From Mobula hypostoma (lineage: Eukaryota), in NCBI RefSeq assembly GCF_963921235.1, contig NC_086109.1:27158001-27222000 (forward strand): a stretch of DNA of 64,000 bases, written 5' to 3'. The position numbers and the translations under genes are program-made. Positions 49,497-61,965 of this stretch are shown piece after piece (position 1 is the first letter of the stretch; every line of letters begins with the position of its first letter). Below the pieces are notes generated by a model. The model did not search any database. It was not told the origin of the DNA and saw only the letters and a program-made list of their open reading frames with translations.

Positions 49497-51879
49497 TTTC
49501 TCTTTATTTTCATCAGCCATAATACTATAAACTAATTGTGATACTGTAACGTATGTTCAAGTACACATCTTGATCAATTTATGAACATTATATGTAAAAT
49601 GTTGTAATGCTGTTGACTTTGTCATAACTACCTCTGATTTATGAGTCTGTTTTTAGGTGTTTTTTTTTGCACAGGAATACACTATACGAAAATACCTTGC
49701 CCAGCTTTTACAACTTTCAAAATTTTGGTAACATAATACTTTCCAAGAATGTATCACTGTCACAAATCAACAAATACATGTTAATTTATTATAAACACAA
49801 GGAAGTCTGAAAATGCTGGAAATCCAAAGCAACATACATAAAACATTGGAGGATCTCAGCAGGTCAGGCAGCATCTATGGAAGTGTTTCGGGCTGAGACC
49901 CTTCATCATAGATGCTCTCTGACCTGCTGTGTTCCTCCAGCATTTTGTGTGTGTTGTCAATTTAATATTTCTATTTGTTTTAAATACATTTTATTAAAAA
50001 ACATAAATCCTTATGCAAAGTCCCTAATCATCAGGTATAATTGTTCAGTGCCAGGTACAGTTGTTCAGTGGAGAGATGTCAAAAGACCATCAGGACAGCT
50101 TGGAGAAGGGGCTCTGTGATCTGTTGCCTAGGTAATAGTTCCTGTTTGCAGACTGTTCCACCTCACTGCAGGTCTGAGACAGCTGGGCCCAGGGTTTGAG
50201 TGGTCCTGTGGGACTACAAAATCAAATGTAGCCAAGAACCAATGTGAATGAGATTTTAGGCATGTTGATTTAGCATTCTAATGGTGTGAAATAATATGAT
50301 CATGCACAATGTGGTTAGTGTTTGAAAAGGAGGAAAATGAAACTTCTACAGGGATTCCAGATTTAGGTAAGGTTGACTTCAACACAACGACTCTTCAAGG
50401 TAAAGCAATCGAGTCAGTTAATGTGTTTTGCACATTTTCGTTTCTTGCTGGTAGATCATTTGTAAGGTGTCAGGTTACATTAATATCAATATTGACCCGC
50501 TTTGAGACTGCAAATGTTTCAGAATGCCAGAGTGATACCTCTGGCACTGACAGTACTGGATGTGTGGATGAAAACTCATGGTTATAAATAAATCATCAAT
50601 GTAAGAAATCCCAAAGCAAAAGGTGCTGTGTAATGTGTAATATGGTCGGTGATTCTAAGCTACAGCCTTCATTGTATTATGCTTGGAAAAAAACAAATGA
50701 AATTACAATCTTGAAGTCTTATAGAGATGGATCTACTTGACTGAATGAATGAATGAATGAATTTATCCATAAAATCTTGCAGAAATACCTGAGCTACTTG
50801 TGTGTATTATAGAGCTTAAAGAAATGATAAATCTGCAAATCAGTCTGACATTCCTACTTTGCATGCTTCAAGTCTATAGTGAGCAGCATGGTTAAATTAC
50901 AAAACTGACAATCCAAGCTCTGAATATTCAAGATGAAATCAGGTTTGCCATTTAATTTTAAATACTGTATTTAATTTGAAATTAAAGTGACTTTATCAGT
51001 AATAGTGACTATAAAATTACCAAGTTGTAAAATTCTAACAATTCACTTTAAGGGAAGGATATTGGGCATATTTATACTCTATGACTTGTACATAATCCAG
51101 ACCCACAGCACTACAGTTAACCCTACCATCCTCTGAAAAGGAAGAATAAGTTGGCCCCGTCAGCAACATTTAAGTTCCTTGAAAATATGTTAAAATGGTA
51201 AAACGCATCATTCCATAAAAATGACAGACTCATCACTTAAAGAAAATATGCAGAGTTAGTTGTTAACTCTCTTTAACACATATCAGATCTACAGTATATC
51301 CCTGTATGATAAACAGAGTAATTACTGCACTCCGAAAGATAGCTAATTTGTGACAAGAATTGTTGTGAACTACCTGGAAGCCAACTATCCTGTAAAATGT
51401 ATTGTAGCATCAGTAGCACAAAAGACAAATATAAGGGGCAGACGTCATTGTTTGTGTAACATTTCAATAAATGGCAACATTCTAGCTCAGCTGAAGAATT
51501 TGGTCATTAACTGCACTGCCATTGTCTTGCAGTGCAAACTTACTCACTGAAGGGATGTTCTTAATTTTGATCTCATTAGGGTTACTACTCATCAGTGTCC
51601 TACTTTTTGAAGTAGCAATGTACCTTAGAGCCTATTGCTGGATCCAACCAACATAATCCAAATTACTGTTCCAAGAATACTTCTGTTTTGGTGTGAGACC
51701 CACTGCAGCTCTCTATATCTTCTAATATTCCAACTCAACAGAACAGATCTTGATCACAACATTTTTGTGGATGAGAAAAGCTATGGTTTTTCCTGCAATA
51801 CTTGTAACTAATCTGAAATGCTCAGAATAATTTTGCTCACTGCTTAAGTACTGATCAAGCAATCTCCTCATCTGCAGGA

Positions 51880-52095
51880 CACGGGCTGATGTGACAATCA
51901 CCACCATCAGATTTCTGAATGGTCCACGGACTCTTGTACAATATCTCACTATTCTCTCTTATTGCTCAATTTATTTAATTTTATATTTCTTATTGTAACT
52001 TAGTGATTTTTATGTATTGCATTGTACTGTTTCTGCAAAACAACAAATTTAACAACATATATCAGTGATAATAAATATGATTTTGATTCTGAATA
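51880..52095 (+). mobile_element. Rex1/Babar-type LINE 3' end
   Basis: ccatcagatttctgaatgg...cagtgataataaa..tgattttgattctga. A similar minus-strand tail lies at ~24660-24900. Confidence 0.6.
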
Positions 52096-52859
52096 GTTCC
52101 AATAGGCTTGCACCCAGCGAAGAACATCGTGTAATTCATAGTTTTGAATTATTTGTTATTCAAAACAATGAATATAAAATGAGTTATGTTATCAATACTA
52201 ATAACTACTTACATTCACGATATCTTTTATATATGGAAAAGGCAATTGAAACTTATCTATAGATCTGAGTAAAGTTTAATATACTAAAATCCCAAACACA
52301 GATGGTAAGAGATTTCAGTTAGGAACTTCTTTGTTCCCTGAGGTCATTTTGCATCACTTGGTAAAATCAGTTGGTCACTTGCTTTCCTGACCTGATATCA
52401 ATGGTCTGAGTAGTGAGGGGATAATTGCCTGTTCTTTAATCTCCATGAGGCCCAGTGACCCTACAATCTGCATGTCTGCCATCTTGTACTCTGTAATTCG
52501 TCCTATTTCCCAAGATCCTACCTTTGATGTCCCTCATCATCTCTCAGATTACCGCTTCACAAGTAGAAAGATGGTAATTACCTCCACCTTGGATGCTGAA
52601 TACACTTTGACCTTCCCACTTTCACACTGGCGGTCCTCCCTATACCAATCACCAGCACCGAGCTCCACCACCAGTAATGGATTTTCAACTAAGCTCTTCC
52701 AACGCACTCCAACCCAGTCCCCCACGACTCATCAATATCTAACTTATGGCTTCTATGCTGAGAGAACCCAGCTACCACATTTAATATGTGCATCTGTGTT
52801 GTTCTGCTGCTGTGTCGTATTTTTTTTGTAGTCAGTTATTCACTTGTTGGGATCAGAGT

Positions 52860-53375
52860 GTACCTGGGCCAAGTCTGCATATATTGCCATCAGCCCTTTC
52901 AATTACCAGCTCCCAACTTTTTCCTTCATTTCCCCCTCCCCCAACCACCTGGCTTCATTTATTACCTTGTAGTTTATCCTCCCTTCCCTCCCCACGATTT
53001 TTTATTCTGGCATTTCCCCCCTTCCTTTCCAGTCCTAAAGAAGGTTCTCTGTCTGAAATATCAACTGTTTATTCATGAACATGGATGCTGCCTGACCTGC
53101 TGAGTTCCTCCAGCATTTTGTGTGTGTTGCTCTGGATTTCCAGCATTCACGGAATCTCGTGTGTTTATTTATTGCCTAGTCCTAATTTTCAATGGGGAAG
53201 TTGTAGTGAATTGACTCAAGCTATTTTCTTCTTTGTGATGGAAACAGTTCTACAGGGTCTCGGCCCGAAACGTTGGCTGTTCATTTCCATGGATGCTGCC
53301 CGACCTGCTGAGTTCCTCCAGCGTGTTGTGTGTGTTGCTTTGGCCCCAGCATCTGCAGAGTATTTTGTGTTTATT
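52860..53375 (+). mobile_element. Two tandem Penelope pLTR fragments
   Basis: Each has a degenerate hammerhead remnant followed by gatgctgcc.gacctgctgagttcctccagc (~53030-53165 and ~53250-53372). Confidence 0.75.
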
Positions 53376-53552
53376 GTTCTACAGTGGTGTTGAGAAGAAA
53401 GTTCCAAGCATGAAACCACGCGGCAATGAAGGAGTGCTGAATATATGCAAGTCATGATGCTGTATGACTGTATGTAGTGGTGCTTTCATGCACTTGCTGT
53501 CCTAGTCCATTTTGGCGATAGTAGTTGTAAGGTTGGGAATTGCTGAGAGAGT

Positions 53553-54619
53553 TGTATTTTACAGTTGCTACACACAGTAGTCAAAATGCACTGGGGACAC
53601 AGGAAGAAGTGTCTTGGCTGGTTAATGGGGTACTAATCAAGCAGGATGCTTTGTTTTGGATGGTGTTAAGCTCATTGTGCATTGTTGGAGCTGCATTAAA
53701 ATGGGTAACTGGATGGCATACCATCATGCTATGAAATCCATTTTGTAGATGGAGGAAAATCTTTTGGAAACTAGGAGGTGAGGCACTTAGAATAGATACT
53801 AGTCTTTGGTTTACCATTTTAGCCATGGTATTTCAATGAATTTCTGTTCTCCCACAAATGCTCATAGTGGGGTGTCAGCAGTGGAACCTCTATTGAATAT
53901 TAAGGCAGTTCATTAGAGTCTCTTCTGTTGGAGGTAATGATGCTCTGGACATGTTTCGTCATAAATGTTGCTTGCAACAGATCACCCATACTTGAATGTC
54001 GTCTGGGTCTTGCTGGATGGGCAGCCATGTTTGCTGAGAAATTGTGAATGGAGCTGAATATTGTACAAAAATCAGTGAACGCCTCTACTTCTGACCTTAT
54101 GCAGAAAGGATGGTCACTGATGAGCAAGAAATAAAATGTCCAGAAAAAGGAAGTAATCTCAGAAGGCCTGGAGTGGAAGGCCTCATTTTGAGATAGACCT
54201 GGTAGAGGCTGTAAGATTTTTTTTTTGCTCTGTCTTTTGGTGATATTTTTGCAGTTTAGTTTTTTTCACTGCAGCTTCTTGTTCTCGGCCAATCCTTGTT
54301 CTAGGTTTCCTTGCCTCCAACAGAAGAAAGTCTAATGAACCACCATGGCTAAAAGGGTAAACCAGAGATTGGGTATCTATTCTAAGTGCTTCACCTCCTA
54401 GTTTCCAAAAGATTTTCCACCATCTACAAAATGGAAGTCGTAGCATGATGGAATGCCACCCAGTTTCCCATTTGAATACAGCTCCGATAATGCACAAGGA
54501 GCTTATCACCATTCAAAACAAAGCATCCGGCTTGATTGGTACCCCACCAACCAGCAGGAACACTTCTTCGCTTGTCCCCGGTGCATGTTGGCTGCTGTGT
54601 GTATTAATTATAAAATACA
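53553..54619. repeat. Long imperfect inverted repeat (arms ~53553-53938 and ~54310-54619) of old LINE-like sequence
   Basis: The reverse complement of 54342-54619 aligns to 53553-53829, and that of 54310-54340 aligns to ~53908-53938. Confidence 0.9.
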
Positions 54620-55881
54620 CTGTATATACTTGTTAATTCCATTCTCTCTGCATTTCATCATATTGAGGGAGGTCAGGTTTTGCTCCCACACATTTATCCC
54701 TTATGTTGGGTTCTCTCACCACCAGTTGTAAGTCCAGTTTGAGGGCTACCTCCTTCAGGACTTCAAGAACTTGGTTAGTGAAAGATGATGTTATCACCAA
54801 TACTCTCTTCATCCAGCCAGAGTACATTCTGTGCCCTCACATTACATTGCTGATAAGTTGGTATTTATTTCAAGTGAATATTGGCGGGACTGAAGCCTTC
54901 GATGGCTCCCCAGCAAAACCTTCATTAGTTTACATTGATTACTGCCTCTCCCTTTCGATTTGTTGATGATGAATTGGGCTTTCGCAGCAAATTAGGAGTC
55001 CAATAATAATAAAACCATTGAAAATTAGGAATAAGCGAAGACTGTTTACGTTTCTGATGCCAAGTTGTTCAGGCATTCTGAACCATAAACCCATTGTCAT
55101 TCTCTTTCACCAGGGGCTTCCAGTTTATTTTGTTGCTGCTTCAACTACTCAGGGGATCCCAACCTGTGTCCATGGACACCTAGCTGAATGGCGTAAAAAG
55201 GTTGAGAATTCCTGCTATAATTGACATTTAGGCTTGGTATATAAATGATTGATACCAATTCTGTTCTCACTGTAGAGACAAAAGCCATGAAATTTTCTTG
55301 GTATGAATCAAGGCAAATACATGTTAAATATGAACTGTAATTCAAAATCCATTTAGCAGTGGGAACAATACCACGGAGACACTGACATGCCAAGTGGAAG
55401 GAAATGACTGATGAGATGAAGTTGGACCTTTGCTCTCAGCTGGCCAGATTATCCTCAATTTAACAAGCAGTAGAGCTTCACATCTTTATTGGTTGAATAA
55501 AATTCCGCCTGCTTGCTTCTTTCGTTTCTTTTTGTAAAAAACTTGCTGAAGAAGAAAATGAGCTGTCACATAGGTGTGTGCATCAGCTGCTCATTCACTG
55601 CTAAGCAGCAAGCTATATTTGTAGACATATTCTGGACAGTGACACACCATGCTGATCAGCACTGCCTTTGAAACTTAAGGGTTGTGTTTACTGCAGGAAC
55701 CAATTTAATGTAAATGGATTTCTGCAGAACATTCTAGCACAGCATTCAGCAGTGTTAATAGCTTCGGAGCTCAATTCTCAAAAGGAGTGTGCTTCCACTG
55801 GTTTCGATTTTATTAGTGGAAATCTTTTCACTCTACACTGGCCTATAAGTCAATAAAAGAGTCAATATTGTTCATACCTGA

Positions 55882-56815
55882 TGATGTTACCTCAGGGATT
55901 ATACACCCTGTGGCTACTTTATTAGGTGCACCTGTACACCTGCTCATTAGTGCAAATACCTAATCAGAATCAGGTTTAATATCACTGGAATATGTCTTGA
56001 AATGTGTTGTTTTGCCGCAGCAGTACACTGCAATTCATAATAATAAATAATACTATAAATTACAAGAAGAAAGATATATAAATTAAATTAGTAGCGCCAA
56101 AACAGAGCAAAAATAGTGAGGTAGTGTATATGGGTTCACTCTCCATTCAGAAATCTGATGGCAAAGGAGAAGAAGCTGTTCCTGAAATGTTCAGTGGGTG
56201 TCTTCAGGCTCCGGCACCTCCTCCTTGATGGTAACAATGAGAAGAGGGCATGTCCTGGGTGATGGGGGTCCTTAACGTGGGATGACGTACTTGACGGTCT
56301 CCTTGATGTTGTGCAGGCTAGGACCAATCATGTGGCAGCAGCTCAACACATAAAAGCATTCAGACATGGTCAGGAGGATTAGTTGTTGTTTAAGCCATAC
56401 ATCGGAATGAGGAAGATATGTGATCCAGTGAGTTTGACTGTTGAATGATTTTTGGTGCCTGACAGGGTGGTTTGAGTATCAGTTTGAGGAAATCAGGAGC
56501 TGATCTCCTGGGATTTTCCCCGCACAACAACCTCTAGAATTTATAAGAGAATGGTGCAAAAAACAAAAAAAAAAAAATCAAGTGAGTGGCAGTTCTGTGG
56601 GTGAAAATGCCTTGTTAATGAGAGAGTTCAGTGGAGAATGACTAGACCAGTTCAAGTTGACAGGAAAGTGACAGGAACTCAAACAGCCACATGTTACAAT
56701 AGTAGTGTGCAGAATAGTATCTCTGAACACACAACACATTGAATCTTGAAGTAGATGGCCTACAACAGAAGACGACCACCGACATACACTTAATGGCCAT
56801 TCTGTTAGGTACAGA
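55882..56815 (+). mobile_element. Tc1-like DNA transposon fossil interrupted by a Rex/Babar 3' fragment
   Basis: Terminal-like motif gtggc.actttattaggt.cacc at ~55910, similar motif at ~56790; transposase-like remnants 56330-56780. Confidence 0.55.
55964..56327 (-). mobile_element. Rex1/Babar-type LINE 3' fragment
   Basis: KDPHHPGHALFSLLPSRRRCRSLKT...FRNSFF.FAIRFLNG and a (ctgatt)n tail. Confidence 0.8.
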
Positions 56816-57956
56816 AGGTGCTGCGTGTATTTGCAGTATGTCTTATGCCTTCTTGTGGGACATATATTGGGCTTCTTTGCCACTAAAAGCCAGCAATGCC
56901 CTTTAGAGGTGAGAAACATGCTGGTAAGAGAAACAGATGAAGTAATTCATGTCACTCTTGGAGGACATGCCACAGACAGAAGAGAGATATTTATCTACTA
57001 ATTTGATGGTTCCCAACCTCAAAGAGTGGGATGTGTCACCTACTCTTTCTCAATTGGGTTGGTTCCCAAAATTATGGAGCATCTGTGAGGCTTTAATAAT
57101 ATTCAGGGAATTTAGATAGAAAATTTACAATAAAAATTTACACTGGCATCTGGAACATCTTAAACTCATATCTAAAACTTAGTTTGTTAAGGTTCAGGTA
57201 TCTGAATTTAAGAAACAGATTACTACTGCTACAAACCGTGGTGCATCTTTAGTGCTGCTAGTTGCGCCTGAATTTTCAGGAAGCAAGGATCTTTTTGTAC
57301 AAGTTTTGAAAATTTCTTGTCTTTAAATTTGCCTTTGATAAGAACCATGCTGTGAATCATGAGCTGAATGGGTCTGAATTTGAGTGTTTTTTCAATATTA
57401 CACCTGTGACGAGAGGCCTTGGTGAGGATGGAGTATCCAAGACTTAACTCAAGACACGATTTTGAGTTTGAGACGAGAGCAGGGTTCTTGACTAGATGCT
57501 AGACAAGAAGCCAATTGAGAAAGAAATTCAATCGATGAGCTGACGATAGAGCACCAAACCTGAATTCAGGTGCTCTTTAAATATTAAAATCCTGGTGCTA
57601 AAACATGGCCACCATTTAGTGGAGTGGGCCTGAATCTTTAAAGGGGATTTTCTATATTTCTATATTCTAGATAATTGGTGCTTCTTAACCCCTGAAGTGT
57701 ACCGTTACAACAATTTCTGCGTCCAGAGGGCAGAAGAGCACTTAATTATTTTCAAATGGGACTGGGGAACATTTACAATTTCTTCTTATGACGGGATTAT
57801 TTAATGGACTTTACAATTACAATTAGGCATTACAGTATTAGTCCATAGCCTGCAGCTCTCTATCACCACAATAAAACTTATGATACCTTTCTTTTCAAAG
57901 TTCAAAGTAAATTTATTATCGAAATCTGTATATGTTAATGTAGACAACCATGAGTT

Positions 57957-58055
57957 GAAGCAACACACATAAAAGTTGCTGGTGAACGCAGCAGGCCAGG
58001 CAGCATCTCTAGGAAGAGATGCAGTCGACGTTTCAGGCCGAGACCCTTCGTCAGG
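57957..58055 (-). mobile_element. 99-bp Penelope-pLTR insertion with 10-bp TSD
   Basis: ACCATGAGTT at 57947-57956 and 58056-58065. Confidence 0.85.
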
Positions 58056-58058
58056 ACC
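58022..58058 (-). ncRNA. Minimal type I hammerhead ribozyme (PLE-type)
   Basis: GGUC-CUGACGA-AGGGUCUCGGCCU-GAAAC-GUC^GACU. Core intact; palindromic ACGU stem III as in dimer-cleaving PLE hammerheads. Confidence 0.7.
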
Positions 58059-59305
58059 ATGAGTTCAATTTTTTTTGCAGGCATTCGAAGTAGAACAAAG
58101 AAAAACAATAGAATCAATGAACAATTCCACACAAACACTGACAACCTATGTGAAAAAGACAGGTTGTGTAAATACAAAAAAAACCCCTCAAATAATAATA
58201 ATAATACTAATAATACTGAGAGCATGAGTTGTACAATCAGTGAAAATGAGTCCAAAGGTTGTGAAATCAGTTCAGTGTTGAGGTAAGTGAGCTGTTCCTG
58301 AAGCCAGGTGCTGTGGGTCCTAAGGCTCCTGTACCTCCTTTTTCTATGTTTTTTTTTTCTTTTGCCTACAGCACTTACAGTTCAACATAATGGCTGAATT
58401 TTCTCAGACTGAACATTTAAAAGACCAGAGCCTGCTTGAATTCCACCAACATTTGGTGCCTTTGCGCTTTGGATCCTGGCGTTCCATCCTCTTTACCCTC
58501 TTCCGTCTCAATATCATTTCTCATTCCATCTCCACAACATCATCATTTTTTTGTTTGTGTGTCCTGAATGTTCCTGTGGCCTTTTCCATGCATATGTTAC
58601 TACCAGTCTTCTACTGCAATGTTTATTTTCATCAGTTCTTGAGTTCAATTATATCCGTAATTAATCAAAATGACACCATTTAAATCTTGTTTTAAATGAC
58701 ACTCTCAGCCATCATCATTGTTTGTAACACATCTTTGGAAAGCTTTATTTACTCCCTAAGTTTGTACTTCAGCCAAGATTTTCCCCACTTGATATGCTGT
58801 GCAATCCCATTTCCTCTTTTCAAACAAGGACAGAAGGGCCTTAAACTGCTCAACCTCACCTGCCTTCCCTAAACTGTAATTGTTGGTATTTCCTGAAATT
58901 ACTTTGTTTTATCGAAAACCATTGATTTTCTCTCCAGTCTCATCTAATGATATACGTATGGTTCTCCTTTGTGAGGAATGTTATATCTTTCATTACTTTA
59001 AAGATGCTGAATAGGTATGCTATTTCCCTTCTGAATTTTCTCCTGTGCTCAGGTTTTCAGAGAGTACAATGTAAATCTTGCACAAATGTTTGCTTCATAA
59101 GATATTCAATTTGATTAATGTTGATATAGGATAAATATCATGGTGTAAGAAATTAATACTGTATTGATCATTTTCAAATTATACAAGTAAATTAGTGATA
59201 CATTAATTTTGGAAGATGTACCCTTGCAGTCCATACTTGTTTGCTTGTTACATACACCTGTTAGGGTGCATTCTCCAGTTACCTTATAAGGTAACCGTAG
59301 CCTTC

Positions 59306-59429
59306 AGCCAGGAGCAGATGTCATCAGGTGGTTCCCAACCTTCACAGAGTGTTTCGACCCTTAACCACGACACTCTCCAGTTGATGGGCTGGCAGTAGTG
59401 GCCAAATCACTGCCCATCTGCTCCTGGCT
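59306..59429 (-). ncRNA. Candidate pseudoknotted (non-circularly permuted) hammerhead ribozyme in the HERO 3' UTR
   Basis: Core GUC, GAAA and CUGAUGA all present, with perfect 7-bp stem III and 6-bp stem I, inside a perfect 15-bp inverted repeat; see findings. Confidence 0.6.
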
Positions 59430-61965
59430 TCCAGCTTCCCTCCTCTCGCCTACTCCAAATCCAACAAGAGACTCATTCTGCCTCTTCCCCCATCCTACCG
59501 TCCTCTTCTTGCATCTCTCCCACTCTAGTGAGTCAGCAAGAGCCAGAAGCACCTTATCATGGCACCACCTATACCGTCCTTGAGTTAGAGCTGTTTTACA
59601 CCCGGACAGTATATGAGCCAGTGTCCCCTTTTGACCACAGAGCTTACAGTTCGGGTCCTCTCTCATCCCCCATGTGTACAGATGTAATGGTGAAGGAAGG
59701 GTGTCATACACGGATTGCAAGAGGAAGGAAATACGGAAGGGCTCCAGTCTCCATAACTCTGTCCATGAGATCTTGCGCTTAGGCAGATCCCATTTTGTCC
59801 AGGTACACTGGGACCCTTGTTCCACTGCCTTTGACATCCGCTTCTCTTCCTCACGGATCCGTACTTCTGCCTGTATCATGTCTCGCCTGTTCCTTATGCT
59901 AGTGTTTCCCCACTTCTGGAAGTGAACTGAGCTGAGGCCTTGCCGCCCAACACAGGGGTTGCCGATGGTACCTTGCAGCTTCAGAGAGCACACTGCCTTC
60001 TCCACAGCTGCGTTGGCTGCCCACTTGCGCCCAGATCTGGTTGTAATGCCTGCTTGCTTTACCAAGACATCATTGGAATCTCTCAAGCTTAATAAGGCTC
60101 TGCATTTTGCCACCTTGAATTCCTCCACAACAGATGACAGGGGAAGCTGCAGTTGCCCAGAACAAATGTTGAGGCCCACTGAAGAGAAGCTTGGGGGAAC
60201 TCCCAACCATCTCCGCAGGTGCTTGTTGGTTTTCCTCTCGATGCCCTCTGCAGCAGTCATGAGGAACTCATAAATTGTGAAGAGCAGAGAAGCCTGGGCA
60301 GAATGCCGTATTGGTATAGCCAGGTCTTGAATTTACCCGGAAGTCTGGATTTGTCGAACATCTTCAGCCATTCGTCTGTCTGCTTCACAGCATTGGTGAC
60401 ATTGGCCCCATCTGTCAGTAATACACTAAACCACTTCCTCAAGCATTTTACTGGGTTACCTTCGATGGAAGGGATGACCTCACCCTGAACTTGGAGGCTA
60501 GACTTGCTAGTAACTTTGCCCTTCCTGATCACCATGCACCTGGACTTCTTGGCCTTGAAGGACATCCTCGCCCAAGTGGCTACATTACCCAGGGTTTCCA
60601 ATACCCATCTTGCTTGGACATGTGACACAGTTGCTATAGTGATGTCGTCCATGAATCCTCGTAGAGCTGGCTGAACAATGCCTGACTCCAGCATCGGGCC
60701 GCGGTTACATCTTCTGCAGCAGATAATAGGAGGTTCATTCCCATAATAAGTAGGATGGGGGAGAAGGTGTACCCTGTTGGAATCCCCTCCTGGAGGTCCT
60801 GCCAACTAGTTGTGAAATGGGCTGATATAAATCTGAGTTTGAATCCTCCTAGGTAGCTGGTGATCATGTCTGGAATAGCCACTGGGATGTAGTAGTGGTT
60901 GAGTCCTTCTAGGGTGAGGTCATGTGGAATAGACCCGTAGGCGTTCACGAGGTCTAACCAGACAACTGTTAGGTCACCTTTTTTCTGCTTGGCCTCACAG
61001 ATCAAATGGCTAATCATTGAGGTGTGCTCTAGACACCCCGAAAAGCCTGGAATACCGCCTTTCTGGATGGATGTGTTGATATAGCAGTTCTGTGTCATGT
61101 AACAAGTCAGCCTTCTTGCGAGCACAGAAAAGAAAATCTTACATTCTACATCCAGGAGAGAAATTGTCCTAAACTGGGTAATTGTGGAAGAAACCTCTTC
61201 CTTTGGAATAAAGCATCCCTCTGCCAATTTCCAACTTGATGGAATAGTATCTTTGGCCCAGATCTTTCTCACAGCCTCCGAAGAAGTTTTGGGCCTTTCT
61301 TATACACCTTATAAGGTATGCCGCTTGGGCCTGGGGCAGCTGATGCTTTAGCTTTCCGGATGATGTCCTGAATTTCCTGCCATGTAGGATCCTTCACATT
61401 CAGCTCAATTGATAGATTTTCTGGTCTACGCACAGCTCGATTGGTTCCTAGTCCCTGACCCCTCCGTGGGTCGCTGTGTGCCTCCCGCAGGAACTCCTCT
61501 ACCTCTGGCTTCGAGCTGGATAGTATACCAGATTTTTGTTGGCTGAGAAGAGTCCTGATGAAGCTGAATAGATCTCTCACAAACTGCGCTCGCCTTTTCT
61601 CTTTCTTCCTTCTTTGGTGTCGCAGATGTTCCGCCCTCCGGAGTTTGCACAGCTTTTCCCACAGCATACTGATTAAGTCCTTGATACCTTCTTTTTCGGC
61701 CGGTGAGCTGATTTTAAACCTCTTGTTGAACGCCTTTAATTCGCCTCTCAAGCGACAAATCTCCTTTTCCCTCCTATTTGGTTGCCGCGATAACTCGGCC
61801 AGGCTTCTCCGCTCCATTGGGCCAAGTCGTTCCTTAGCTAGATTGTACGCTATGGCTGTGAGTGAGTCGATCTTTCTGTGTTCTGGACCTGCTAAGGCAA
61901 CTTCCAGGATGCCGTCTAGATCATCATCAAACCGCATCCAGGTGATGTTGTCTGATGATCTAGGC

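Larger units (their letters stand above)
57893..58340 (-). mobile_element. Rex/Babar-type 3' fragment interrupted by a 99-bp Penelope-derived insert
   Basis: Tail ttcaaagttcaaagtaaatttattatc; gctgttcctgaa...aggctcctgtacctcc. Confidence 0.6.
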
